A stretch of 64,000 nt of DNA, from assembly GCA_964188305.1 (NCBI GenBank), contig OZ076888.1; one strand, given 5' to 3'. The DNA is from Podarcis bocagei (lineage: Eukaryota). Positions 32,987 to 46,128 of this stretch are shown in pieces (position 1 is the stretch's first letter; every line of letters starts with the position of its first letter). The position numbers and the translations under genes were made by a program. Under the pieces are notes generated by a model. It did no database searches and was not told the DNA's origin. It saw only the letters and a list, made by a program, of their open reading frames with translations.

Positions 32987-33420
32987 CTCCGGCGGCCGCC
33001 CCGGCTTCCAGCCCGTTCGCTTTGCCTGGGAGGAAGAAGCGCGGCGCTTAGGCCTCTCCTCCTCCCGCGGAGGAGTCCCTCAGAGAGAAAGGCCCCGTCG
33101 GAAACCGCGTCCGCAGCCCCAGGGGGCCGGGCGGAGAAAGCTTTGGCCGCGCTGGGCGGCGACTCTCCGGGGCCGGATCCTTGTCCGCATGAAGGCTCGC
33201 TCGCTGTTCCCTCCTGACTTGGGAGTCGTCGGCGGGCGGCTTTCTTCGCTCCCTCTCCGAGCAGAAGGACAGGCCTGCAAATCTCCGCCCGCCCCAGCGC
33301 AGGGGGGAGGCCGGCCACCTTCTCGCCGAGCACAGCGCCTCCCTTGCGGTCCTGCGAGAAGGCGCCGTGCGTGGTATCAGGCGCCCCCAGGTGTGGTGGT
33401 CAGTAGCGAAGGGCAGACAC
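32730..33420. promoter_or_regulatory. CpG island / FRA10AC1 promoter and exon 1
   Basis: Sharp local rise in GC and CpG content with GGGCGG/CCGCCC boxes, against an AT-rich CpG-poor background; contains the FRA10AC1 ATG and first donor. Confidence 0.88.
32969..32986 (-). CDS. FRA10AC1: FRA10AC1 exon 1 coding part (MNLSNA)
   Basis: gccgccggagATG AAT CTC TCG AAT GCG|gtgagt inside the CpG island; phase 0 matches exon 2. Confidence 0.8.
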
Positions 33421-33778
33421 TTCATGATCATAAGCATTGCCCCTTCTAAGATTAGGCAGAAAAAATAATAATGAATTTCTGCTCATTATGGATTCCCTCA
33501 TATTCGCAGTTAAGGTAGTGAAGAACCCCTGAACACCTTGAGGAGTAAGGGGAAATTTCACTGAATTCGATGCAAGTTTTAAGGGCTCGCCCACCACTTC
33601 TGTTTGTCCCGTGATTTCTAGGCCTGAGAGGTTTTTCTTTCAAATTATTTTTATTAGTTTTCCAAATTATTGCAAATCAAACCAAATTACTTTAATTCAG
33701 TACAATTAAAAAACAACAACAAACAGGTTTCCCACTCCTGTTGCGAACAGGTTTTTCCACTTACCCTGGAAAACCGGC

Positions 33779-33851
33779 TGTTTACTGCTGAATGGGAACA
33801 GACATCCTGCAGAAAACCCGATCGATGTTTGTTCCCATTCAGCAGTAAACA
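33779..33851. repeat. 28-bp inverted repeat with 17-nt spacer
   Basis: TGTTTACTGCTGAATGGGAACAGACATC / GATGTTTGTTCCCATTCAGCAGTAAACA, 27/28 complementary. Confidence 0.95.
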
Positions 33852-36800
33852 ATTCTAAGTGTTTCAAAAACTTGTGATCCAAAAAAGGCCAGACACACAG
33901 AAGCCACATTTTATTCAGCTATAGTCTTGCTAAAGTATATTCTCAAGTAAATGGAATGTTTTCAAGGATGGATCACAGACGTCTCTTAATGAAATAATTC
34001 TGTATGTTTATATATATTAAGGGTGTGCTGCAACCACAATATTTGCCTTGTGTCTGTATCTGTAGCTTTTGGAAGCAGCCTGATCTGTTTTGGATCTGCT
34101 CTGTCATTCCAGTTCGATTCAGGTTCATTTCTGTTCATCCAAATCTCTGTTTTGCTCCCTTTGACTATAATGGGGAACCTAAAGATGGTGGTCATGTCCC
34201 CCCCCCCTTTTTTTAACATAAGTGGGTGGAATTTGCAGGCAAATGAGCCCCTTTGACTTGGATGGAGCTTGCCAAGTTCCATGCATACCCATTCAGGGAA
34301 CTTTTACAATTTTTTGTAAAAAAAATGTTATCTGCCAGAATTGGATGCACATTTTAGGCATGGTCCAGCATGCTAAAGGGATGAAGTCTGTCGAATTTCA
34401 GAAATAAAGGTGCATTGGTTGTTCTGAAATGAAAAGCTTTGCTATTTTCGGGTGTGCATTCCCCTTTGGAAACTGTAGACATGAGGGAGGTGCCCCTGGG
34501 TAGAAAACCTGTCAAATTTCAGACAAATAGGTGCAGACTGGATGATGTTACCTTCATTATATCTTAAAAAGCAACAACTGGGAGAATGATTTTTTCTCAC
34601 TGCTCCCCCGCCCTTCCTGGAAGCATCCTCCATGAAAAAAGGAGAGAGCTATGGTTTTTATGGAAACAGCTATGTGAGAAAGAAGCAGGCTACCTCAGTC
34701 TCTTACCTCTGTCTCATGCCCTGCTGTCATAGCCAAAACTCAAAGGGGAATGACAATCCACATCCTTCCCCCTCTCTTTCAAAATGGGGACAGGGAAGGG
34801 GGCACAATTCCACTTCTTTCTCCTCTCAAGCTCTGGGTGTTTTCCCAGACATCTTGATTTCATTTCTCAGCAAAGGGGAGGAGGAAAAGGCTGTGTGTTT
34901 GTTGAAAAGCTACTTGGAAGGTTGGGAATTCCCTAATCCACCTTGAGATCTCTTGCTTTGGTGTAACCCAACTCAGTAACATGAAAGACTACCCTGAATC
35001 ACCTTGATGTGCCTTGTTATTTGGGTATACGCACAGCTAATGCACACCCCTAATATATATTCCACTATATAATGGATGTGATTTTCCTTTAAAGGAACTC
35101 AACTTAGTGCTTGCAAAAGTGGCATCACGTGAATTATTCAAATAACTCAAAATAAATAATTTATACATACCAGGCGATAAAAGCCAGTCCCTCCCTCCCC
35201 TCTTTTGTCATCCCACTCCCAAGGAACTAAAAGTCTATTTTTGTATGAATGAATCTTGATATAAGTCTAGCAACTAGGCCAACATAATCACATTTTGTGC
35301 ACGTAAAAGGAGAGAAGATTTATAATTCTTCATTATACTTGTTATACAAGCTGCAAGAGGCAGCTTCCAAGATAGTGAAATTCTAGACAGTGACCATTTC
35401 AGCTGCTGAGAAATAAGATTTTTTTGTGTGTGTTTGTGAAACCATGTTTAAAAAGCCAGTAGTGCTGGATAAATAATAAGGTATGCTATCTATCAGACTG
35501 GTAATGGAGAATCTTTTAGGGTTTCCTTTTTATTTTCTTGTTTATACTCTGTGATCTCAGATATCTATAAATTAAAACTGGTCCCAAGATTTCTCATATC
35601 TGTCTCATGTCTCATAGCTGTCTCATATCTATTCCCTTTAAAGGCAGTGCATTTCCCACATACTGCTGATAAAATAGGTAGTTGGAAACCCCAAAGAGTC
35701 TTGTGGCAACTTAAAAGATAACACATTTAATAAACTTGTTAGTCTTTAAGGTGCCGCAAGACTCCCTGTTTTCTGCTGCAAGAGACTAACATAGCTACCC
35801 TTCTGGAAATAGCTAAGTGGAGATAGTGAATGTTCATCTCTGTCTCAACAGTTGTTCCTTGTATCTTTCACTAAGGCGAGCTTTAACAACTAACATCCCC
35901 ATCGATTGGTCTTAAATCTGCATGTAGGACAGCCTCAATGGCCATGAATCTTACATCCAAATCCCGTGTCCAAAAGTCATGGGTCTGGATGGTTCTTCTA
36001 ATCTAAATGTGTCTTAGAATGACTTCAGCAAAATATTTCCATAGAACCAAAATAGAGAACACTATATTCTGCTATTGATTTTTGTTCCTAAGTTGTCTCT
36101 GTCTTGAACTTTTTCCAGTACAGGTACGACCTTGAGCAAAGATTCTGCAAACAAAGCTGCTGGATTCTGGTGAAATAAGATAGTGATGGCACAGGTGATC
36201 AACAGCCAGTTATCATGGCCCTGTAAGTTCCAACTGTTGGTTCCTCAGGATTTAAAAATCACATCACACACCCCAGACACTTCAAATGGCACCTGATGAT
36301 CTACCTCATTTCTAGGTGAAATAAAAGTCCTAAAGGAGATACCAGAGACCCCATGGCACTTTGAAAGAAAAGATTTCAGTTAACTAGCAAGGATCTTTTA
36401 AAGGTTCTGTTTGGAAATATCCAGGAATGGGGCCTGCCTAATATTGAATAGGTTAATACTCCACAATCATGGGGCCACCACCCAAAAAGCACAGTATCAT
36501 ATCAGACACTTTAATTATACTAACTGCAATGTTAGATTACTTATGGCATTGTTTTTGTGTTGTTCCTCTGGAATGTTCTGACATCTTCAATTTATTGAAT
36601 TTTATTGGGAAATCATATCTGAGCTTTGTATTGTGTTTTCAGTGGCTCCATTTTTTACACTTTCATCAGTAAGGTGATGCACATGTCCTGCAAACAATGC
36701 ACTCATAATAGGTGGAACAAATGGTTGAATAGATCCTAGATTTCTTAGGTTATTCAGTTATAGAGGGACTATGTTACAATTTTGTTATTTTTCAATAAGT

Positions 36801-37030
36801 TAATTTGAAAACAACCAGCGTAAACAAAATGCTGAAATATTGTCTTCTGTTTCCTAAAAAAAAAAGTCATTCATGAATCTGTGACTTAAGAATGTGCAAA
36901 AGAATTTTCTGTTGTTTTGTTTTGTATTAAAGATGGTCTGTGGCCCCAGATTGACAGTGTTGTGTTTGCCCATCTCTAGACCAATCTGTTCCAAAAATAA
37001 GTCTTCATGGGTTTTATCCTTCCTTGGGTC

Positions 37031-37561
37031 CAGGGCTTTTTTTCAGCTGGAACTCTCCAGAATGGCATTCCAGCACCTCTGAGCTGACCTTGGAAGTTTG
37101 GGGAGAGATTGACCAGCCTCAGCAAAGCCTCGCTGTGCTTCCAGCTCACGAGGAGACCCTCCCCAGAGCCTGAAGGGGACATCCTCTGTGAGCTTTTTGT
37201 GAGCCAGAGGCACAGTGGGCCTTTGCTGAGGCTTTTCAGCCTCCCGGCTAATAGCTGACACATGAGAAAGCTGTGCCTCAGCTGAGCAAGCCCCCAGCTG
37301 CTCCGGAGCCAGAGAGGCCTGGGGTGGGGGCTCCTTAAGCTGCTGTGCTGAGGCACGGAAGCCTCTCCATGCCCCATGCTCTGGCTCACACAAGGCATAG
37401 GGATGGGGAGAGGTTGCTAGGCTGATCAGCTGCAGTGCAGCCTCAAAAAGCCTCTGGCTGGCAAGGGAACTACCCCCCTCAGCTCAAAGAGATCCTCGTT
37501 GGGCTCTGTGGTGGGTCTTTTGCATTCCAGCACCCTTTTCTCTAAGGAAAAAAAATCACTG
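37031..37561. mobile_element. hAT-type non-autonomous element
   Basis: Termini CAGGGCTTTTTTT / AAAAAAAATCACTG, repeated subterminal gcattccagcacc, imperfect 8-bp TSD cttgggtc/cttgggaa. Confidence 0.7.
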
Positions 37562-37599
37562 CTTGGGAATATCAAAGGAAAGGCCACTGTTTGGATATA

Positions 37600-37836
37600 C
37601 AGTGGTGACCCGCAAGACGAATGCCTCACAAGACGAAAAACTCACTAGAGGAAAGGGTTTTTCGGTTTTGTGTTGCTTCGCTAGATGAATTTCCCTATGG
37701 GAAAACGTCTTGCGCTTTTTTCTTAAAGCCGCCTGAAGAGGCGCAGTTGCGACGGACCGTGCTTCGCAAGACAAAAAACATCGCAAGACGAAAAGACTTG
37801 CGGAACGAATTAATTTCGTCTTGTGAGGCACCACTG
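37600..37836. mobile_element. Tc1/mariner MITE, distinct subfamily
   Basis: TA|CAGTGGTGACCCGCAAGACGAA ... TTCGTCTTGTGAGGCACCACTG|TA; internal GCAAGACGAA repeats. Confidence 0.85.
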
Positions 37837-38961
37837 TATATTCCCTGCTCCAATATGTCATATCTTCCATCCAAAGATCATGTCAAGTCAGCTTGCCACA
37901 GCCTGTTTTTCCTGCAAGTGAGAAAGATACAAAAAAATTACAGAAGATTTAGTTGTTCCATAGTCGGCATTAAGTATGTGTCACAGCAAAGATAGATTTC
38001 TAATACCCGGGAATTTGAACAATTCACATCAAATAGCCAGTGAGGATCATCCATAGTACAAATGTCTAATTTAAACATTAGATGTGACCTGCACCACCCT
38101 AATGGATGTTAAGCCTCAGGAGAGCTCCAGGCTATGTTCCCCTCGCCTCCCCAATTAATCTGGCAAGAAGTCGAAATGTTCTTCTGGCAGTGGATCTTAG
38201 TGGTTGCGCCAGTAGGAAGGGTAATCCCTTTCAAAAGGGTTTATTTTGTTTATTGTGGCTGAGGTAAAGCAGAGCCTCAGTTGGTCTGAATTTGGCATTT
38301 GCAACAGAACACTTCACAAGAGCATCACTAGGAATGTAAACTCAGAATTCCAGCAGAGGTTCACAGGGAGAATTTCTGATCTCAAAAATCTTTGCTGTGT
38401 AACTGTTTTTGCAACCTAGCAATTGCAATCAGCTTCTGAGTAGAAACATCTAAGGCTTCAGTGCTGAACACTGTGAAGCAGTTCCCACAGGGCCCAGTTT
38501 AACTCACCCCTTCCCTCACCAGTAGCCTTGACGCATGGTGCAGCATTGTTATTCCATGTGAACCCTGAGGCACAGGTAGAATGTTCAGGTTCAGCAGAAT
38601 CTCTCCATGCTTTTCCTTCACATGTTCCAGCAGCTAGTTTTACCTGGGTCCTTGGCATGCAGAAGCTGGGGAGAAAGTTGCACTGGTGAGGGTTGGCACC
38701 AGCGCATAGCACCCTCAGACAGTTGTGAGCGCCCCAACAAAGTCCACTGCTGATGCTTACCTTTGGCCACTCTTTAGCTCTTGTTTTCAGACCTGGAATG
38801 CCAGGCAGTCTAGCCATCCTATGAATTTTCCCCAGTGCCCTGGGGCAACAGTACAGCTGGGCCATTGCATGGCATTTAAAGGAAGCCTAACTCTGCAGCC
38901 TGGCCCTACTTTGGAGTTCTGCCACCTCCAGGAAAATTCATAGGGACTTGCTGATGGAGGG

Positions 38962-39565
38962 TGTCAGGAGCTGGAGCCAGCGATAAAACATTAAAGCACC
39001 CAATGTCAGTGACATTAACTCTTTATTCAAAGAAACAAAACAGTGCAGTCCTAGTGGTCGCAGCAACCCTTCCCAGTAGGTCTTGCCCCAGTGAAGCAGT
39101 TGTGAGGACTGAAGGTCCCCATTTTCCACCACTCTCTAAAGGCTCCATCCCTGGTTCCTTCCCCAGCAGCCTAAGGCTTCCACATCTTGCCTCTTGTTGC
39201 CCTGCCCTCTTCATTTCTCTACATGTTCTGGGAAACCGGGGGGAGAGGAGCTTGTCACAGCAGCAGGGGGAGACTCCCTAGATTCTTCAGCCACCTTCCT
39301 CATCTCTGTCTCCTGCCCCCACTCCTCTCCTGCCTCTGAGTCTGGACTGCTCTCTGCCATAGTCTCTTCTTGCTCATTAAACCCTGTTTCCTCTTCAGCT
39401 TCCGACACCTTCTCCTCCCAGTGTGCCTCCTCTTCTACCTTCTGAGCATTCATTGTCATCACACCACCTATCGCCAGGCTCTGAGCCTTCTTCGTCTGGG
39501 GGTTCCCTTGGAGGTTCCCCAGCTGTGCCTCCTCCCACTCCTTGGCATCTGGCTAGTCCATGACA
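38962..39565 (-). mobile_element. Probable solo LTR (Gypsy-like)
   Basis: TGTCA...TGACA inverted termini and AATAAA ~60 nt from the 3' end on the minus strand; no clear TSD. Confidence 0.6.
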
Positions 39566-42500
39566 AAGAGGAGCATTGTTGGTGGAGGTAGACCACCAAA
39601 GGGCTGTGATACAGGTTTCAGGTTGGGAGCTCGCCATGTGCACTCAGGATGGTAGATTGAAACAATAGGCATGTGCCTTGATTTTCACAAAAGCAACTCT
39701 GTGGCACCTTAAAGACTATCATGAGGTAGCCAATATGGCACCCTCCAGGTGTTTTGGACCACAACTCCCTTAATTGCACACCACCAGCCATGATGGCTGC
39801 CCTGATGGAAGTCCTAGTCCACAATATCTGGAGAGCACCATGTTGCCTACGCTTGGACTGTCACATTTACAGCCACAGGCACTTTTGCTGAATGGCACTC
39901 ATTTCATCTGAGAAAATAGGCATTAGCTTCATTAGCACCAGTTTAATCGGCAGATTAATCAATGGTGGGCAATTTTAATCTCTGAGGATACAATTTGAGT
40001 GCAATTAAAGGACATGCCAATTTATTTTCCAAGGCTATTTTGTTCTGTTATTATACTGTGATGGAACATGAAAAAAGCAAGATATTAAATATCACCTTTC
40101 CTCCTACTAATGGGTGGTAGCTTTTATTTCTAATTCTAAGTTATCTCACACTTTTTTCCTATCTCAAAAATGACCCAATGCCCTTCTGTCAAATTTTTGA
40201 TACTATGCAAATTTATGTATATAGTGTTAGCCAATCAGTTAATTGGTTAAAAGACAGATGAATCCACAACAGCACTTTTAAAATAAGTTGGAACACCTAG
40301 AAAATACCCCTAACAAAGTGAATTGAAACATTCTTATATACAAAGAGGAAGGTTTGGCTGGGTTTCTTGCTTTGATGTGTTTATTCCTCCATTAGTGTTG
40401 TAAATAGTTCATCTGGCAGAGCAGTTGCCAAAAGCAATTATATTAACTCTCAGATGCACGTAACACCTAATTCCAAACAGCACTGGGATAGCCAATAATA
40501 CTGTGTGACAGATTTGGCCAATCAGAATCTTCTAATGTCTTCTGGATACTATTCATCATTATTTTAATTTAAGACATGCCAGACAAGTACGAATAAAGTA
40601 AAACCATTTAAAATAATGCAAATGTAACAGTCCATCTCTTACACAGTAGTATAAAGAAGGAATAGTGAAGAGGGCACATAACTTGAAGCAAGCTATATTG
40701 GGACATGAAATGGGTCTCATGTTATATAGGATCTTTTCAGTTTTGAGCAATTGTATGTATTCAAGGTGGTAAATGAAAAGCCGTATGCCAGCTTGCTGGG
40801 AAGTATAGTGAAGGCAACAGGATCTTTGCTTTCTGCCTAAAAGCATATTCGTCCCTTGAGTTCTGCTGGCCAGGAGGAATGAATTGAAGGCATGTGATTC
40901 TGTCTAGCTACTGCTGATTAGGTAGCAGCAACACAGCTTCTGAGCTGACTCACTGTAGAGCACCACATATCAGGAGCAGTCTATCTGTGCTGTGTCAGTT
41001 TAGAATTTCAGCAGCAGTACTTACTGCCCATAAAGGAATACATTCGTTTTGGGCTTAGCCCAGATTTTACCAATCATTTCGCAAGTGGAACTGTTCTGGG
41101 ATAATTGCTATTTTATACATTTGGAAACTTATCTATTTGGGAACTTGCCTTGGGCCCGGAAATTACTAGTTTACAGGATTGCTTTTGGGTGGGCGGGAGG
41201 AAATCTTTCCTTTCTTCCGGGCAAAGAGGTGAATTGGAATACTGAAAGGAGCGAGCTAACGTCTCCAAGGAGTCGCCTGGCATCTCTCCACCTTCTTTTG
41301 TTTCTAATGGCTGTTTCAGACCACCCTGCTGCAAGAAGTAACCAAGGTATGCCTCGTCAGGATTTGTACATCAAAGAGGCTGTATGGCAAACGCTCAAAT
41401 TCATGATGAGAGGTGGAAGCTTAAGTCTTAATAGGTTTTGCAGAATGTACATGACGGCATTCTTCTTGTTGCCAGGCTACAGTAGCCACCTAGCTATTAC
41501 AATAAGAGCAGCAGAATGCAAAATGAATACAGTAAAATTCAAATTGAGGAAATACAGTGATGAGTGGCTTTTTCAAGGGGATTGCACTCCAGAAGCTCAG
41601 GTGCACTACCATTATTCTTAGCCTGGGCTTAAGGGGTCTTGATTTAATGCATTGGCTACAACTCCACCTACAATATCAGAATGGACTGGAGGATGAAAAT
41701 ATCAGACTGGCCTGGAGAATAAGCAGGGCTTGTTTCAGTTCGGTGAAAATCCTGGCTGTCGGTATGCTGTTTCACAAAAGAAAAAGCCACTGCTTTCCAA
41801 AGTGCTGAAGAGATCGTCCCTAATCAACCCTAGAATTTGCCAGAACCTGGCCCTGCTCCATGGATTGCTATCAGCTTGAAATGATGATGGAGCAAGATAA
41901 AGTCCAGGCTATGAGGAACCTCTGTGCAAGCACCTTTTTTGAGCTGTTGCTGTTATATCTGACACACACACACCCCACGAAAAGGTATTAAAGGGAACAG
42001 GTACTTACACAAGCTGTAGAAATTAGAACGGGATCATACTGGTTTACTGAAAATGTGTGCAAGGAATGGTCCGTGCAGGAAGCATCCTTCTTTTCCTGAC
42101 TTGTCATCAGGCATGGAAATCAACAGCAAAGGGAAGCTGGGTGAGTCTGACCCCTCGCTACCAGATTCAGGAGAGGACAAACAACCCAGAAAGGCAGCTG
42201 AATGCCTACCTGCTTGTGGGCTTCCCATAGTCATCTTGACAGCTAGTGTTGCAAGCCCAATGCTGGCCTGTCAAACAGCCCCTTTGTCTGATCCAGCGGG
42301 TCTCATGTTATATTTCTTCAACCAGTCCTAGAGGAGAAACAGGCACCACTGGGGCTGGGGCTGAATAGATCTGGGTGCTGCTTTCCTTTCTGTTCCTCCA
42401 TCCTTTGCGGCCAAGGTGTGGTCTGAAGTTCCATTCAGCATAAACACAGGACAATTTTCAGAACCCTTCATGCATTTTACTCTTCCGTGTGCTGGAACTT

Positions 42501-43017
42501 TGGGTTTCTGTATTAATGGAGTGATGCTTGGTGCTGGCTGGGTTCCACAGTGATGCAACGGTCCTGCAATGATGCATGCCCAGCTGCTGGTTCCCTTTTC
42601 TCCTCATAGCCATTCTGGTCCTTTGTAGGTAAAGCTGCACCTCTCAGTCCATGCCTAGCCAGTGTTGTGGCCTTTAGATGTCATAGAAGCCAACACCTTC
42701 ACTATTGGCCATGTTGCTCTAGGGCTGCTCTAAAGGGCATCAGGTTCCCCATCCCTGTCTCTAGGCCAAGCCCTGCTGCGAGCCTCTGGCCACATTCTGC
42801 CCATCCCCAAATAAATCCACTCTAAAGGAATAAAGCAACATTCCCTGTTCAGCTTTGTACCTCCGCTACTGTTTATCTGCTACTCTCCTGTCCTCGAGAT
42901 TCCAGTCTCCCTGGCAACAGTTGCCTGGAGCTCCATATGTTCACCTGGCCCCTCTTGTCCATCACCTTCCATCCAGGTGAAGCTTCCCTCCTCTACCACA
43001 CTTGACTCACCACTGGT

Positions 43018-43320
43018 GGGGATGTTCAGGGGAAATTTGATTCAGTTCACATTCAAAGACAAATGCACCTAATACACATTTCTGAAACATTGTGGGAGCT
43101 GCAAAACAGCCATCCTTTGAAATTCGCAATTCTCCAAATTTTGCAATGCGATTCTCCAGGCAAGCAATGTGTGAACCCCCCCCCCCCCCCGCATAAACCA
43201 GGTAAAGGGTGCATTAAAAACCATATATTGATGAAAATAACACACACGACTGTGTTATATTAGGTGAAATGTTCTTTGCAAAAAATATGTACATTAGACC
43301 AAAATGGATACAAAGCTGTA
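43018..43320 (+). repeat. Dispersed repeat fragment (probable DNA transposon); inverted homologue at ~51750-52045
   Basis: gggatg...aaatttgattcagttcacattcaaag...ctgaaacat matches the reverse complement of 51955-52044. Confidence 0.5.
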
Positions 43321-46096
43321 ATTCCTGAACTGTCCAGCTGAGCAGGTGGCGACCATCTATGACAGTGAGCCTGGCAGTAGATCCTTAGCACTCACAAGGG
43401 ATTCCTGTGTAAACTGCTGCCAGTGTGACCTGTGCCTAGGCACATTCAATCCAATCCATACCTGTTTCTCCAGCAGAAAGAGGAAAGGAGAGGAAATCTA
43501 GGAGGAAATCAACCAGGCATCTTAACATGGGCCTCAACAGAAAGGTTGTCTTCCCCCAAAGATTTGGAGAGGTCACAGTGATTGAACTGACAATTGGGAA
43601 ACCAGATTTCCACAGCTGAAGCTTGAGTGAGCCATTAAAAAAAAATCCATACAACCCACATAATCTTATAAACAGATTGATGAGAATACAAAGCAGATAC
43701 CCGGCTTGGCAGGAATGGGAATATAAGTTCATTTTTTATTGCCCTGTAATAAAAATAAACCATTGCAATGTTTAGACTTGTGGTTAAACCAGATTGTGAG
43801 AAGTAATCTTTTGGGCTTTGTGGTGCTGGGCTGGAAAATATGAACAAAGGCATTGCGTTCTACTGCATAATGCATGGGTATAGGGAGATGTGTGCAGAAG
43901 CTGGACACGTGGGGCAGGGGTTAAATGAGGAAAAGTTGCAACATCTCATTGTCCTAAGACTCAGACAACAGACTTAAAGGGAATCCAGAGCCATTGGGAG
44001 CTGAGCAGAGTTTGCAGTTTTTAAAAATAGGCCATTAGTACCACGACAAATCTATTGTCCTGGCTCTTATTTTCATTAGAGACACATTTTCGGTTTGAAA
44101 ACAGACATTGGCTGATGCATTTACATGTCAGGCACTAAAGTAATCAAGCAGGGAGTCCCATGGATCAGTGTTTGCAGTAAAGGGGAGCTCACCATTGTCA
44201 GGGGGGTGGTGTTTCGTTAAAGCCCCTCAGCAATAATTTGAGCACTGCTCAAATTCCTTGTTCTGTTCCTTGCATCAGAAATGACTGTTGGTCAGTTTAG
44301 TGGACTTCAGGTAGTTTGGCAGATCCAGTGACAGCAGAAGGCCATTCCTGGGCCACTTCCTGTTACTGAGTTTCCAGAATGGTTGCACGTTTTCTCTGGG
44401 CAACATTCTACAGTGGGAGATTATTTATGTCCTGGTCATTTCTCTCTGCTCAACTACTAGTTGCTTGCTACCTCACTGTCTTCCTAAAGGAACTTGCCTG
44501 CCCTTGGCCATGAATGACTGACAGGTTCACTTTCACCACCTCAATTCTATACAAGTCCCAACCTCCAAAAAAGATGGCAAGAGCTTGACTACCTACCTGC
44601 CATAGTGTTGGACTTGCTTCCATCATGTGCTGTTGTACTCAAGTCAATGGATTGTGCAACCACTGCTTAACAACCCCGTAGTGATACATGGGATGTCTGT
44701 GTGTTCTGAACCACAGCCCCAGCAGAGGGCTCATGGGAGTAGTTGGGTGCAGAGATCCCAAAGGAGGAGGCCAAAAATACCAGAGTGATCCGTTCTAGTG
44801 CCTTATTAAAAAAGGTGTAGACTTACAGCCTGACAGCTCTCCTCACTGAACCCAGGATGGACACCACAGCTAGGAGATGGCTTGTCCATACCCAAGCAGA
44901 AGTGTGTATGTTCGTCATCCACTAAGCAGCATACGTAACATGGCCTAGGGTTTCCCATCACTCCACCTGCCCAGATGAGGGCATGGGTGGCAAATACCCA
45001 ACTCTTCCAGCTAGTTCCCCTTTCTGGGCTCAGAGCCCAGCACCCAAAGCCCACCGATAAGGATAACATCAAAGCAAGCCAATCAGCTTATATCAAAGCA
45101 AGTGAATATAAGCATATATGAGCTCATTGTTACAACATCTACCAATTAATTGTGGGGTTATCTTGACTATGAAGATGGTGTTAGCAAAGCTCCCAGAACA
45201 GTTCACCTTTGGGTCAACACGCTACGAAAGGTGTTTTGGCCCTTTTCTACATAGGACTACCCCTAGCCTCAATCTCAAGAGGGGAAATGAGGTTCATCAG
45301 CATGAGATCCACTTAATACAGGCCTACAGATACTAGATGTTCAGCTTGATAATAGCACTTCCTGTACCATTCTCTGTTGGTGATGTACATTCCTCTCAAA
45401 TTTTGTGCCTCTACAACACTTCTAATCATAACCATATACTTTATTCTTAAAAAGGAAAATAATTATATTGATGCCTGCTTACCGGCTATGGTATTCTATG
45501 AACCAATATTTTCCCTTAGCACCTGAAATAATGGAGTTATACTAAAGGCAAAATTGATCCATTCATTTCCTCTTGTCGTTATTATGCACCTGAAGTTCGG
45601 ACTGACAAGAGGATTATTTAAGTGCTTTCAATATCATCCTCATCATCCTCATCATCATCACCCATAAGTGTGCACAATGCTTTAGAGTATGCAAGGGGAC
45701 AGGTCCCTGCCCCAAAGAGCTTACAGTCTAAAAATTGGCACAGGTGAAACAACAGAGCAAAAGGATAGGCTGGGGCAAATACTGTGCAATTATTTGAGTT
45801 GCATGTGCTTTGGCTTGGTTACAGGCTTAGTTACAGCAGCAGCTGTTCCACTGGACCAAATGGCAAATGGTGGGCAATTTCGTAATTGTTTCTCCCAGCC
45901 TGTTTTTCTTAAAGAAGTGCAGCTGTAGGTGGCTGAAATCAGGAGCAGAGAAGCAGCAGCAATTGTCTGCTCAAAATCATGATCTTTTCACTTTGCAGGG
46001 GGGGGGGAAATACAGGGAAAGGAAAGGGTTAAGCACCCTACCTTACTCTCTCTGATGCTCCACTCTTGATTTTTAGCCTTTCATGGCTGCTTGTAA

Positions 46097-46102
<6 letters not shown>

Positions 46103-46128
<26 letters not shown>
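46103..46128. repeat. (TTA)n microsatellite
   Basis: Direct observation. Confidence 0.9.

Noticed and set aside
32732-33449. Several overlapping Pro/Arg/Ala-rich ORFs on both strands
   Set aside because: Expected stop-codon depletion in a CpG island; only the 18-nt FRA10AC1 start is supported by splicing.
41049-41621. 190-aa ORF in the FRA10AC1-LGI1 intergenic region
   Set aside because: Non-ATG start, no recognisable domain, no supporting exon structure; consistent with a chance ORF.
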